64,000 bases of DNA from Podarcis muralis (lineage: Eukaryota), in contig NC_135657.1 of the NCBI RefSeq assembly GCF_964188315.1, forward strand, positions 111,166,001 to 111,230,000, written 5' to 3'. The position numbers were made by a program, and so were the translations under genes. The notes under the pieces were generated by a model, which did no database searches, had not been told where the DNA came from, and saw only the letters and a list, made by a program, of their open reading frames with translations. Positions 22,891 through 36,193 of this stretch are shown one piece after another (position 1 is the first letter of the stretch; the number at the start of each line of letters is the position of its first letter).

Positions 22891-23930
22891 GCCGTATTGT
22901 CCTGCTTCTCCTGTGCTTGACAGTCACAAGGAGAGGCTGAGTCAAAAGAAGGAATACTGAAATAGCAAGAGTAGAATTTAGTGCTGGTCTTAAGCAGTGG
23001 CAGGTTCACATCCTTTTTATTCCTCTTTACTCTGTTATGGTTTTGTGGGGTTTTTTGGGTGGGGTGGGGGACACAAAGAAGAGTATGCAACCAGGTGAAA
23101 GCACAGCTTCCCACTTGGAACCCTTTCAGAGTTTGGCACAATGTTTCTTGCCTCAGCTTTAATTGGCTTTGTGACATTCTCATGCCGCTGTATTTTGATT
23201 GGCTCCATGGCATTGTGATGTAAACATGACCACACATGGTCCCCAGTTGGCTGGGATCTCTGTTCAGCAGCAAGGTGAGGCAGTTAAAGGGGACAGAACA
23301 TGGATTGGAGCATCACTTGACAGTGGTTAACATTATCGGTGAACAAGTATAAAATATTGGGAGGGAGCTTGGAAAAACATCACCACCCTACCCCAGACAC
23401 CCATTTTATGTAAAAATGTGTACTGGTGAATATTTGACATAGCACTAGTATAATTTGGATTGTACTCTTGAAGTAGAGACCATTTAGAAAGAAGAAAACT
23501 GGGTTGTGCAGTCTGCAACTTACACGGGGGTTACATTCCAGGGATCACGCCAAAACCCAAAACCACGTGTAGTCAAAACCCATTGGGTTCAATAGTGGGT
23601 GGGATTGTCAGCATCATTTTCCCTGTAATCCTGGCTCCTTTCTGCCCTCTTTTTTATTTTTATTTTGTGACATAAAACTGAATGTGCACAAGTTAAATGC
23701 ACATAAATTGTGGTCCTACCTTAGCAGATTTCATTTTCTGCAGGAGTCCCAACAGTTTGGGCTATGATTTATATGGCCTGCTTTTTTCTTTTTCTTTTTG
23801 CCAGTGTAGACCAAATGCTAAACAGTTATATTTCTTACCATTTTTAAAAAGAGGAGTGGAACTTGTGAAAGTTATTTTCTTTGTAACGCAGGGATTTGTC
23901 CATTTCATAATTTTACCTTCCTCTTCTCAG

Positions 23931-24004
23931 TCTTCCTGGAGCCAGAAACCTTGGATCTCTTTTTTGATCTGTATCATTCCCTCCCATCAATGCTGTCTCA
24001 GTTA
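23931..24004 (+). CDS. RANBP17: RANBP17 exon 8
   Basis: ctcAG|(I)FLEPETLDLFFDLYHSLPSMLSQL|GTaagt; 74 nt. Confidence 0.96.
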
Positions 24005-25405
24005 GTAAGTATGTTTTTCCAATAGTAAAAGAAAGGGATTTCTGATAAGCTGTTTGGACATTAGTACATGTTTAATGAATATGTCATACCAGAATTGCCC
24101 CTTGTATCACCTTAGATTTCACTCCTGTTTATATGCTCCAAAAGAGTTTCTGTGGTACAGTTCAGAAGAGGGGGAGCACACACAATTGCAATTGGAAGCA
24201 ACAGGACGTTTCTGCTAATCAGCCAGCAGCAAATCAACAGTATATTTATAAATGTAGCTACAACTGCAGCCTCTCCCACAGCAAATGCTCAGCCCACCAT
24301 CAATTATGTATTTGCCCACAGACAGTAAAAACGTGCGGAAAGCACATGCCTTGCTTAAATGTGTGGGTTTATTTTGGCCTTGCATTTCCCGGTGCAATTC
24401 CATGGACCTCTCTGTCCTTAGATGTTGCAGTAGCACTCTTTGTTTGTTTATTAAATTTGTGTACTGCCCTTCATCCGAAGATATTGGGGCGGCTCACTCT
24501 TCTGCATGTGCTTTGCAGAAACTATTATTCAGAGCCCTGTCGTCTCTGATGCTGGAGTTATTAAATAGCCATCATGACTTTTAGCCACAATTTGGTCTAA
24601 CCCTCTTTTAAAGCTGATGTTGCGGCTGTTGTTGCATCCTGTGGAAGTGAGTAGGTTGACTGTGCCCTGTGTCTGCCCTGAAGTTTCTGTCAGCTTCTTT
24701 CAGTGACCCCAAATTCTAGTAGTCTGAGAGAAGAAAAATCTCTCCCTCCAAATAATGCACAATTTTAGATGTCTCTCTATAAATATCCTCAAATATTAAC
24801 TTCTGTCATACAGGAGTTGCTCCAGAGATAATCCCCAAATTGTGGAATGGTGGGTAGAATTCTAACAAAATGGGCCACTCTTCCATGCTTCCCCTACCAT
24901 GCCCCTTTCCCCACTAAGTTTTGGCCTTGTATTGCCAGAGTTGCTATGACTCTCTTACATTGTCACAATGCAGCATAAGTCACTGGGCTCTTCTGGTTAG
25001 CTGTGTAATCACAGCACATGCCCTTGCAACAGGGCACAGTATCTAACACCATGTTGCCTGGCTAGTGTTCTGTTAGGATGTGATCATACCAGAAGCCAGT
25101 AACTACCTGAATTGTGTCCGTTGTAGAGATGGTGGACATACAGATACGTGTATTTGAATCAGTTTATTTAGCATTGTTTTTAATGGCGCATGAACACTGA
25201 TGACAGCTTTCTGTGTTTTAAATATAGACTGTGTTTGACTAATGTAGCTGTTGGCCCAACATGAATGTATAGACTTTTCTAAGCTAGAAGAAACTTGACT
25301 GGTATAGCAGTAAGGTGTTGGATGCTTCTGGTATCCGTTAGTCCAAAAAGGAATGGTTGTATCTTGTTAATGAATAAAATTATTAAATCCATGTTTTCTT
25401 TCTAG

Positions 25406-25525
25406 GCACTTTCTTGTTTAGTTCAGTTTGCTTCTACAAGGAGATCCTTATTTAGCAACCCAGAACGTGCCAAATACCTTGGTAACCTGATCAAAGGAGT
25501 AAAAAGAATACTTGAAAATCCTCAG
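25406..25525 (+). CDS. RANBP17: RANBP17 exon 9
   Basis: tctAG|[40 protein letters not shown]|GTatac; 120 nt. Confidence 0.97.
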
Positions 25526-26969
25526 GTATACATTCGTCAGTTTTCTCCTCAGTTCTGAGTATATGCTGTCCGCTTTTAAAAATATGTCTTGCTGCTAATT
25601 TAAATTGTGGATGAAGTGGTTATCTTCCTGTTTGTTTGGGCTAATAAGCTGGGAAAGGAAGGGGGAAATAGGGGGCATCACGTGTGGCACATATCCTCTA
25701 CCTTCTGGGTTAAAAAGGAGTAATAGGAAATGGTTCTGTGCTTGATGCACAGTGACAAATGTTATAGAGTTTCCTGTATGGCAACTTCATACAAACCATT
25801 GGTGAGGGAAACATGCCAATTACTCAGCAAATAGCTCCTGTGGTGTCGCTAGCTTTTGGGGAAGACAGGAGGGTTGGGATAAGTATGGTGGCCCATCAGC
25901 TCCAAGTGTTGTCTGCATGGTTCATTATTTCACCAGACTTAGGTTTGTGCCTGCACTGTCTTTTCTAGAAGAAAAAGGCACCTTTAAAAATATTTCCCAG
26001 CAGTGTTATGTTGCTGTTCTGTTTAGTTTCAACAACTCTGTTTGAAAATACACTGTTGTTTATTTGAAAAACACAGCTGCTTATAACTATGTGGAATATT
26101 CATTTATTTCATTTATTAAATTCTTATACTGCCCTTCATCGGCGTGCCACATGGAAGCTTACAATATAAAAACTCAAATACGCAGAACATAGTAACAAAC
26201 AGAACCAATAGCCCCCTTCCCTTATAGTCACTTTTAACTGTTTGTCGATGTTTCTATCTTTCTAAGTATGTATGGTATAATCACCTTTTAATTACTAGTT
26301 TTTATTCCTTACCTGTTTTAAGTCTTATGTGTTCAGTTTATCTATATGTTTTATCTTATGCTGGTCTGTGACCAGAATGAAGTTTGAGACTGATACTGTA
26401 ATGAAGGTGCCAGGTGAGGCTCCCTGGGGAGATCATTCCACAAGTGGAGAGCCACTGCAGAAAAGGCCCTTCTTGTGTTGCCACCGTCTGGATCTCATGG
26501 AGGGGAGCACACAAAGAAGAGCCTCAGATGGTGATAACCTAGTAGGGTAAATGAAAGCATAGGAGCAACAGGCAAGGGTGCTCTCTTTAGCCACATCTCA
26601 GTCAAGCAAAAAAAGTGTGAATCTGCAAATATCATGTCTGACCTCCACATGATGAGAGTTGTATTATTGCTCTGGTATTTTATATGTTAAGCAGTATAGA
26701 AATTCCTATAAATAACTAAAGAATCAGAAAGGAGTCACAACAAGCTTGGCTTTCTTCTGCCACAGGTTGTGAGACTTCGCTGTACTCCTAGTGTGCCTGA
26801 ATCAGGGTACTAATAGAGCCGGCTGAGGACATGAGAGAAAGTCCCCATTCTGCTCAGCCAACTGGTGCTCAGCAACAATTAACAAGAGACAGCCAAGTTG
26901 CTTACATCACTATATTTTAAAAATTGCTTTTCCCCCGAGGACATTAAACTTGAAGCATTTTGTGTGATA

Positions 26970-27345
26970 GTAGCTGGAGGAGACTCTTGAGAGTCCCATG
27001 GACTGCAAGAAGATCAAACTTATCCATTCTGAAGGAAATCAGCCCTGAATGCTCACTGGAAGGACAGATCCTGAAGCTGCGGCTCCAATACTTAGGCCAC
27101 CTCATGAGAAGAGAAGACTCCCTGGAAAAGACCCTGATGATGGGAAAGATTGAGGACACAAGGAGAAGGGGACGACAGAGGACGAGATGGTTGGACAGTG
27201 TTGTCGAAGCTACTAACATGAGTTTGACCAAACTGCGGGAGGCAGTGGAAGACAGGAGTGCCTGGCGTGCTCTGGTCCATGGGGTCACGAAGAGTTGGAC
27301 ACGACTAAACGACTAAGCTAACAACAACAACAACAACAACAACAA
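26970..27345 (+). mobile_element. BovB (RTE) LINE 3' end with (CAA)n tail
   Basis: Stop-free WRRLLRVPWTARRSN...GHLMRREDSLEKTLM.GKIE...RGRQR.RWLD...W...VHGV.KS.TRL, the typical BovB ORF C-terminus; (CAA)n tail ~27320-27345; possible TSD TTGAAGCAT (26950, 27350). Confidence 0.93.
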
Positions 27346-27474
27346 GCAGTTGAAGCATGAATGGCAGAATCTATTTTCATTTAGCTTTAACATCAGTTGG
27401 CACTTGCATGCACACAAACTTTATATTAATGATTCCAAAAGGACAGCCAGCTGCTCCACTGCTGTAACTCCGTA

Positions 27475-27829
27475 CAGTGGTACCTCGCAAGACGAATGCC
27501 TCGCAAGACGGAAAACTCGCAAAACGAAAGGGTTTTTGGTTTTTTGAGTTGCTTCACAAGACGATTTTCCGTATGGGCTTGCTTCGCAAGATGGAAACGT
27601 CTTGCAAGTTTGTTTCCTTTTTCTTAAAACCGTTAATACAGTTGCGACTTGACTTCGAGGAGCAACTCATAGCATGCGGTGTGGTAGCCTTTTTTGAGGT
27701 TTTTGAAGACTTTGGTGATTTTTTAAGCTTTTCCAAAACTTTTCCGAAACCGTGCTTCGCAGGACGAAAAAAACCGCAAGATGAAAAAACTCACGGAACG
27801 AATTAATTTCGTCTTGCGAGGCACCACTG
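27475..27829. mobile_element. MITE family A copy 3
   Basis: TA-CAGTGGTACCTCGCAAGACGAA ... GAGGCACCACTG-TA. Confidence 0.92.
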
Positions 27830-28091
27830 TATCTGGTCACCTAAAACATGGGCCTCAGCTCTACTGATTTTTCTTCTTATAATAATAATGTTCATTTTTC
27901 TGAATATGCCACTTGTAACACAGCTTTCAGTGCCCTTCTTAATCTTTCAGGATCCTCTTCAGGACATGCAGATCATTCTGGAATGGCCCACCCTGTGCAA
28001 AATAATTTAGTATATATTTTCAAAGCATGCATTTCTGCCATTAGACGATTGCTTTACTAATTACAATCTTCTGTGTTGGTGTGCAATTTAG

Positions 28092-28238
28092 GGTTTATCG
28101 GATCCTGGTAACTATCATGAATTCTGTCGATTTTTGGCTCGACTGAAGACTAATTATCAACTGGGAGAATTAGTAGTTGTGAAAGATTACCCAGAAGTTA
28201 TTAGACTGATAGCCAGTTTCACTATTACTAGTTTACAG
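28092..28238 (+). CDS. RANBP17: RANBP17 exon 10
   Basis: tttAG|[49 protein letters not shown]|GTaaga; 147 nt. Confidence 0.97.
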
Positions 28239-28547
28239 GTAAGACAATGGTAGAACTGTTCTGTGATCTACTTAATAAAAAGGAGGATTTTTTAAAGTGC
28301 ATACCTTGCATGATGATGAACTCATTAAAACTGATGCTTTTACATGTTCCAATAGCCTTACTCTGAGAGCATCAACTTTGGGGAGCATATCTTTTTGCAG
28401 TTTTACATAACATCTTGGGGCTTTGGTTCTAATTGAGGCATGAACAGAAATAGTAAATAACGGTGGTAGTATAGATTACAATGTTTGTAATTGCTCACAT
28501 TGGGCTAAAACCTACTTTAATGAAAATCTCATTTTGTTTCTTCGTAG

Positions 28548-28720
28548 CATTGGGAATTTGCACCAAACAGTGTTCATTATTTGCTAACCCTTTGGCAGAG
28601 AATGGTTGCCTCGGTGCCTTTTGTGAAGTCATCAGAACCCCATCTCTTGGATACATATGCACCTGAGATCACAAAGGCATATATTACTTCTAGATTGGAA
28701 TCTGTCCCCATGGTTATAAG
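28548..28720 (+). CDS. RANBP17: RANBP17 exon 11
   Basis: cgtAG|[57 protein letters not shown](R)|GTaaca; 173 nt. Confidence 0.97.
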
Positions 28721-29196
28721 GTAACAACATGAAGTATTCTTCTCCACGAGTACTGCTGTACTGTTTCCAGTTTGATAGCATACTGTCGTTGTCATGCATA
28801 TTCTTCTTGTGTTACGATAACAGTATTGATTGATTGATTATACAAAATTGTGAGGGGGAAAGTGCTCCTGAATTCAACTGGGTCCAGTCAAAGATTGGGC
28901 TATTTCCTGTGTTGCATGCCTAAGATAATAGATCATCGTAGCTCTATAATCTTTCATTTTTTGGCTTTGGAGTGTATGTTTTGAAGGCGCTCTCCTGAGA
29001 AGCTTTTTTCAGCTTGTAGCTAATACAGAGTAATACAGAGCCATACATAGCCATCCATACATGTCTATACTGAAGTAAGACCCGTTGTATTCAGGGTATA
29101 GGATTGCAACCTTATAAGTAAGCCAAAAATGCTTACATTCCTACACGATGCATTTTACATTGCCCAGAATGACTTTCCTATTTGTATGTATTCTAG

Positions 29197-29390
29197 AGAT
29201 GGCTTGGATGATCCCTTGGATGATACAGCCACAGTTTTTCAGCAGCTGGAGCAACTGTGTACAGTTAGCAGATGTGAATATGAAAAGACTTGCGCTCTTC
29301 TTGTACAGCTATTTGACCAAAATGCACAAAGCTATCAGAAGCTGTTGCAGTCTTCTAGTAGAAATCCCTTGGCGATCTCAATTCAGGAAG
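29197..29390 (+). CDS. RANBP17: RANBP17 exon 12
   Basis: tctAG|[64 protein letters not shown](G)|GTtagt; 194 nt. Confidence 0.97.
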
Positions 29391-30182
29391 GTTAGTATTT
29401 ATGTTGTCTGAAAGTTTGCCTGTCTGGTACATTTGCCTTCACCTCCTGAACAACTTTGCCGGCACAGACAGGGAAAATACTATCAGAAAACACAAAGCAG
29501 GGCTGACTAACCTGCCTTGTTGAACTCTTGGTAGCCCCAGTCAGCATGGCCAGTCATTGGGAATGATGGGGAAGTCCCACAACTTTCGGAGGGCTCTTGA
29601 GTAGCAGATTTTACCCTGCTTTTCAGTCAAAAAGACTTCTTGAGCAGTTTAAATAAGATAAATAAAAACAAATACAAAAGGCATGACACAAAAGAGTGTT
29701 TTTTTTTTAAAAGAGTAGGGAGAGAAAAAACTTGAGCACCAGTTCAGTTGCATTGTAGCTCTTACAATGAATGGCTGGAATGGAAACAGTCCAGAGAGAG
29801 AGAGGAGCCAATTGGACCTGGCCTTTCAAGAGAGCTCCTATTCCTCCTACCGATTTTTCTGCTGAGCCTGATGAAATGGCTTCTGCCGAGTGATAGATTA
29901 ATGCGGGCAGGGAGGAACCTGATCAGTGGGGTTCGATGTTTGCTGCCGCTGCTGCTTTTCCTTTGTCTTAGGTGAGGGAATTTGTCAAAACTATTTTTGA
30001 AAGTTGAGGTGTATATAGCCTGCTGGATCGCTGCTATCAGCCTGCTTGCTGAGACACTCAAAGAATTAAAGTTTGGTGGGATGAAAATTACCCCTTTCAG
30101 AAGCTAGATCTTTTGGTCTCTGGGCTAGAAATTATTATTGTTGGCTTTCCAACTGGTTGCTATGCAGTTGTGTTTAAGCATA

Positions 30183-30527
30183 GGTAAGGGACCCCTGACC
30201 ATTAGGTCCAGTCGTGGACGACTCTGGGGTTGCGGCACTCATCTCGCTTTACTGGCCGAGGGAGCTGGCGTACAGCTTCCGGGTCATGAGGCCAGCATGA
30301 CTAAGCCGCTTCTGGCGAACCAGAGCAGTGCACGGAAATGCCGTTTACCTTCCCCTGGAGGGGTACCTATTTATCTACTTGCACTGTGACATGCTTTCGA
30401 ACTGCAAGGTTGACAGGAGCAGGGACCAAGCAACGGGAACTCACCTCGTCGCGGGGATTTGAACTGCGGACCTTCTGATCGGCAAGCCCTGGCCTCTGTG
30501 GTTTAGACCACAGCGCCACCCACATCC
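30183..30527 (-). mobile_element. Sauria SINE, full length
   Basis: 14-bp TSD TGTG(T/C)TTAAGCATA (30169-30182, 30528-30541). Confidence 0.92.
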
Positions 30528-32099
30528 TGTGCTTAAGCATACATAATTATAATCACTGAGTGGCCTTACATTGCCAACTATCTCAGCCTTGGTACCTCCC
30601 TGCTCCATTTGTAATATCAGAATAACAACTCTGACCTATTTTACAGGGTTGTTGTAAGGACTCTTGACATAATTTATGCAAATAGTTTTTAATACTAATG
30701 AAGCAATATGGGGTTGTTAAGGATTAAAACGGAAGATGCATCTTTTGAAGATGATACTCAGTGCTATAAGAAAATTAATGACTCCATTAATATTTTTGTA
30801 CCCCAAGTTGTGTGTCAGTACATATGATGAAAGTGGTTAGCTGCTATTCTCAGAAAACCTCTGTAGGTCAAAGCGTTTGAATTCGCCCACCACCAAAGAA
30901 AACGTTGGCATTATTTTAAATTTGTATTTCTCTTTATATAATATTCAATATCTTTTCTGTGGACTAAACATTTTCTGTTAGCACAGAACAATAAATGTTA
31001 CCTCCTCTAGTTATGCACACTTTAATTTAGATGTTTAATGGTTTTTAATGTTACAAAATAAGTTAATATAATATTAAGACCTCATTTTATTATATTGTCT
31101 TGGTCTCTGTATCGATTGTGATGCAGTCGTGGTTTACTAAAACAATAATCCCCAAGAAATGGGTCATTAACAGTAGTTAACGATTACTTGTGATCTATGG
31201 TAATGACTGATTTCTTTGGGATTATTGCTGTTATAAAACATAATTACAGATTATTACAGCAATAATTATTTTGGTAAGGAAAAAAAATATTCTCCTTAAG
31301 CAGCTGGAAAAGCAGCAATACTGAATGTTTTGAATAGAGGAAGTAAGCATAGAGAATTGTGATGGAAAATGAATTCTATTTTCTGTGCATAGGGATTAAC
31401 TCAGGATCATTAACAGAATACTCCATGTGCTGATGGGAGTAGTTTAGAGTTTAATCTTAAATGTTGAGGAGGCTATCAATCCATTTAACGGTTTTCTGTG
31501 CTTCAGACTTGCCAATATTCCAGCTTTCAGACATGGTGGTGCTGGCCTTAAAATTGTGAAATAGTACTTTTAAAATACTGATTTTGTTTTTGCAATAAGC
31601 ATTTGATTACAGAATCTGCATTAATAGCAGCAACCAAATAGATACCAAATGAGGAGCAGAACTTGGTCAGTTTAAAATAAATAGTTATCACTTTAAGCTT
31701 TTGAGACTATAACAAATCAAATCAAACCAACGGGGGGTGGGGGATAGAAAAATGATCATGTTTTCACTCCTCGCAATAGATACCATAAAGAAGGGATGGT
31801 GTCTGCAATGATCACTGTTCATCTATTTATAGCCCACGCACCATCCTAATATTTTAGAGTGGGGAACAATAAAATTTTCTTTTTTTAAAGCCACAATCCA
31901 GTAACTGAACATGAGAATAGATAAAATTTCAGTTGGTCATAAAATTGCAGAGACACGCCTCAAAATCCAAAGTTGAACATTAATCATTTACAATGGCTCC
32001 CTCCTCTTGCCTGACTCCCTCCTCTGGCAACCTGCACAGAATTTTGCTTAACGGTTGCCATTAATTTGATTTTAATTAATTAATTTTTATAATGAAGTG

Positions 32100-32195
32100 T
32101 TTTTAGAATGTTGGATTATTTGATTGTTTGATTATTTGATTGTTGTTAGCCGTCCTGAGCCCGGCTATGGCTGGGGAGGGCGGGATATAAATAAA

Positions 32196-32254
<59 letters not shown>

Positions 32255-32745
32255 GCTTGAGTAAACAGACATGTTTTAAGCTGGCACTAGGATGAAAAGA
32301 GAGTAGGTACCAGCTAAATTTCAGCAAGGAGGACATTTCACAGCTGGGGTGTCACCACCAAGAAGGCCTTTATTGTTGCATCACTGCAAGACGATATAGG
32401 AAGAGGCTCTTTCAAGTATTTAGGTCCCAAATCATCAGAGTTTTATAAGTTGTCAACAGTACATGATGGCAGCCACTCCTTCAGAACAGGTGATATGTGG
32501 CTCTCGGTGGCTGATCAACTCAGTAACCTTGCTGCGGCATTCTGTATTAGCTGCTGTTACAGAGTCTTTCTGAAAGACAGGCCTACGTAGAGCACATTGT
32601 AGTAATCTATATGAGAAGTTATTAGAGCATGAATTACTGTGACCAGGCTGTCACTGTTCAAGAATGCCTGTAGCTGGCAAACCAGATAAAACTGGCAAAA
32701 GGCACTCCACATCACTGAAGACTCTTAAGCCAATAAAGACAGCTA
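32100..32745. mobile_element. LINE remnants: a CR1/L2-type 3' tail ending in (ATT)n, followed by a decayed minus-strand L2-like ORF2 end
   Basis: (ATT)n at 32198-32250. The minus strand near 32330-32370 reads AFLVVTPQL*NVL, resembling the L2 AFSVAAP.LWN.LP motif. Similar remnants occur near 26400, 36200, 53930 and 56600-56710. Confidence 0.6.
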
Positions 32746-32757
32746 GATCTAGGAGTA

Positions 32758-33113
32758 GGGACGCGGGTGGCGCTGTGGGTTAAACCACAGAGCCTAGGAC
32801 TTGCTGATCAGAAGGTCGGCTGTTCGAATCCCCGCAATGGGGTGAGCTCCTATTGCTCGGTCCCTGCTCCTGCCAACCTAGCAGTTCGAAAGCACGTCAA
32901 AGTGCAAGTAGATAAATAGGTACCGCTCCAGTGGGAAGGTAAACGGCATTTCCGTGCACTGCTCTGGTTCGCCAGAAGCAGCTTAGTCATGCTGGCCACA
33001 TGACCCGGAAGCTGTATGCTGGCTCCCTTGGCCAATAAAGCAAGATGAGTGCCGCAACCCCAGAGTCAGTCACGACTGGACCTAATGGTCAGGGGTCTCT
33101 TTACCTTTACCTT
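32758..33113 (+). mobile_element. Sauria SINE, full length
   Basis: GGGACGCGGGTGGCGCTGTGG head, TTTACCTTTACCTT tail, perfect 14-bp TSD TAGATCTAGGAGTA (32744-32757, 33114-33127). Confidence 0.95.
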
Positions 33114-33880
33114 TAGATCTAGGAGTATTCCTGGTTCCCCTGTTATTTCAAAGGCAAAAAAATGGGACCATTGGAATGACCTCTCAGATACTTGCCAGAT
33201 GTTCAAGAAGGTCCCAAAGAATAGTGTCAAAAACTGCAGAGAAGTCTATCCAGGATGAGGAAAGAGATATTATTTTTGTTGATTTGCAGTGAAGATCACT
33301 TACTAGAGGTGTGAAGGCCTTTCCCCTCCCATAGTCAAGGGCCAACGAACAGAATCTAGGTCTGCAGTGGTTTTTTTAAAAACCTGCTATATTGGATCAT
33401 TAGTCAGAATGTTGTCATAAAAATGGAAATTATAGTACTTGGGATGACTATATCAAAGTATGATTTATAACAGAAAGCAAAATTCGGTCTTAATTCTGGA
33501 ATTACTTCCTCAGCTGTGTTACAATACATATCAGGAACTTGGTGAATGTTGATGTTTGCTAGCAGTTCTTAACATTTTAGAAGATTTTAAGAATAGATTT
33601 CAAGGCTAACCAAGTGGTTTTGGTAAACTCACAAGTTTCATCCGCATTTCCCTCTTCCTGGTAAAATGTGAGCCACAATAGCCTGCCCTACAATATAAGC
33701 ATTTATGAGTTTATTATAAGAATCATCAAGTGGCTTCAAAGAATTAGACAGAAATTCAACAATTTATCAATAAACATTAGCATTTACTAGAACAGCCTGC
33801 AATATGTTTGGATCAGATGCTGTATGAAGTTGTAATGTAAATGCTCTCTCTCTCTCCCTCCCTATCTCCCTCCATGCTAG

Positions 33881-33986
33881 GATGCTTGGCATGGCTTGTC
33901 TATCTTGTGGGAACTGTTGTAGGAGGAAGATTAACTTATACCAGTACTGATGAACATGATGCTATGGATGGTGAATTATCATGTCG
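33881..33986 (+). CDS. RANBP17: RANBP17 exon 13
   Basis: gctAG|(G)[34 protein letters not shown](R)|GTaagt; 106 nt. Confidence 0.97.
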
Positions 33987-34676
33987 GTAAGTGTGCATCA
34001 TTACCCTCAAACGTTTTCAAAAAAGAAGGCATGTTTTGTGAATGAAAATTGCTATGGGCAAAAGTCCTGTTTACCCCTCGGTGTTTTCAGATTTGATGAA
34101 CAGAGAATGGCTTTCAAAACAGCATATTGGCTTGGAATCTGAATTGGCATTACAGAACTGCTCATTTGACAGCATTTGATAACACCTCTGTCTTAAATCA
34201 CAGTCACCTGACTGTCCCTGCAGAGTGCATGCTTTTCAGTGTAGTAAACAAGTTGAGTTTGTGGGCCTAGGTCCTCAGTGCTAAACTAAAACAGGCAGGT
34301 TCTTCTTTCATGGAAGGTAATCTGATCCTTCTGGACGTTCTCTGTGTGGAAAACAAGATTAAGCCGAAAAGGGTTCTCCTAATTGGCAAGAGAAGCAACC
34401 ATTTGTTTGCCCTGTGTGTGTATTTTCCTACGCAGAACACTTTCCCAGCCTAGAGATCATGGAGTACAGGATCTGATTGTCAGGACAAGGTATGGATCAT
34501 AGGTCGAGCACAAACTGACTGGGTCTCAAAGAACTGCATTGCGACCATGTGTAGAGAAAATCCTTGGTTGCCCACCTCTGCTGTAGCCATTATTGACTTT
34601 ATGTCCTTTGGACACAGGTATTCATACACACACTGTGTTTCACAGTGTGATGCACACACATATCATCATACATATA

Positions 34677-34930
34677 CAGTGGTACCTTGGTTTAAGAACA
34701 TCTTAGATTATGAACAACTTGGATTAAGAACGCTGCAAACCCGAAAGTAGGTGTTTTGGTTTGTGAACTTTGCCTTGGAATAAGAACATGTTTCGCTTCC
34801 TGTTGAGTGTGTTCCATTTGTAAATTGAGTCCCCCGCTGTGCTATGGGAAAGCACGCCTTGGTTTAATAACACTTTGGTTTAAGAACGGACTTCCAGAAT
34901 GGATTAAGTTCGTAAACTAAGGTACCACTG
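34677..34930. mobile_element. Tigger-like MITE, family C
   Basis: TA-CAGTGGTACCTTGGTTTA ... TAAACTAAGGTACCACTG. Confidence 0.88.
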
Positions 34931-35373
34931 AACATACATACAGGTACCATTCTATATATTGTCAGCATCCAGTGCCCCAAGCCCTGGAACATTGCCTAGC
35001 CATTGATTGGTTAGCAGAGCAGTGCATCCCAAAAAGACACCAGACGCAGGAAAAATCATTAGCATAAAAGTTTACTAAGGCATAAACAGTTCTTTGCCAG
35101 ATCCCTGGCAAGTCACAGTTCAGCTCTTTGTCGAGCAAAATCCAGTTCCAACATAAAAAAAATTACACCACACGAACATAAAATGCAAAAAATAAAAGCA
35201 AGGAAATAGAAGTCTGTAGAAGAATGAGAGAAAAAGAGAAAGACTGCTCACCGGGCAGCAGATATACACTTCCCAGTGGCCTTGGCACTTCAGATGACAC
35301 ACACAGTTCGAAAATACCTGTTGCGTGCTCAGAGCAGAATGGAAAGTTACAGGCTCTCTAGAATGTTCTAGCA

Positions 35374-35509
35374 CAGGCTTTCTCAACCTCGGCCTTCCAG
35401 ATGTTTTTGGCCTACAACTCCCATGAGCCCTAGCTAGCAGGACCAGTGGTCAGGGATGATGGGAATTGTAGTCTCAAAACATCTGGAGGGCCGAGGTTGA
35501 GGAAGCCTG
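35374..35509. mobile_element. Short palindromic hAT-type MITE
   Basis: CAGGCTTTCTCAACCTCGGCC ... GGCCGAGGTTGAGGAAGCCTG; degenerate 8-bp TSD TTCTAGCA/CTCTAGCG. Confidence 0.85.
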
Positions 35510-35565
35510 CTCTAGCGTGTTCTAATATTTACTGGGAGCTTCTGCACATACACAAAACTTCATAA

Positions 35566-35596
<31 letters not shown>

Positions 35597-35851
35597 CCCC
35601 AGCACATAAGTATACATATTTTCCCCACCAATCAATATTTTTTTTTTGGATGGCTAGCAAACAAAACAATATTAAAAATGCAATATACAATAATTAAAAT
35701 GAACAGTAAGTGATAAAAGACAGCAAAAACGTATGTGCAGCACAGACAGCATAACACATTTTACAGTCCAAACTGAATCAAAAAGCCTGGGTGAAAAAAT
35801 AGGTCTTTGCCTGCTGCTGAAAATACCATAGAGTAGACCCCATGTGAAAAA

Positions 35852-36193
35852 GGAATGCGGGTGGTGCTGTGGTCTAAACCACAGAGCCTAGGGCTTGCCG
35901 ATCAGAAGGTCGGCTGTTCAAATCCCCGCGGCGGGGCGAGCTCCCGTTGCTCGGTCCCTGCTCCTGCCAACCTAGCAGTTCGAAAGCATGTCAAAGTGCA
36001 AGTAGACAAATACCTCCGGCGGGAAGGTAAATGGCGTTTCCATGCGCTGCTCTGGTTCGCCAGAAGCGGCTTAGTCAAGCTGGCCACATGACCCGGAAGC
36101 TGTACGCCGGCTTCCTCAGCCAGTAAATTGAGATGAGCGCCACAACCCCAGAGTCGTTCGCAACTGGACCTAATGGTTAGGGGCCCCTTTACC
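35852..36193 (+). mobile_element. Sauria SINE, full length
   Basis: 14-bp TSD TAGACCCCATGTGA (35834-35847, 36194-36207). Confidence 0.92.

Noticed and set aside
22620-23273. 217-aa minus-strand ORF in intron 7
   Set aside because: It runs through a MITE fragment and low-complexity sequence, with no recognisable homology or coding-like composition.
26960-27316. 118-aa ORF as a nested host gene
   Set aside because: It is the C-terminus of a 5'-truncated BovB ORF followed by a (CAA)n tail.
32758-32835. tRNA-like sequences with A/B boxes (also 13915-13989, 41814-41890, 46640-46710)
   Set aside because: These are SINE heads continuous with SINE bodies and bounded by TSDs; no complete cloverleaf.
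34960-35299. Possible solo LTR (TGTCA...TGACA, 340 bp)
   Set aside because: The flanks (ATAT versus CACA) give no TSD and there is no second copy in the window; left uncalled.
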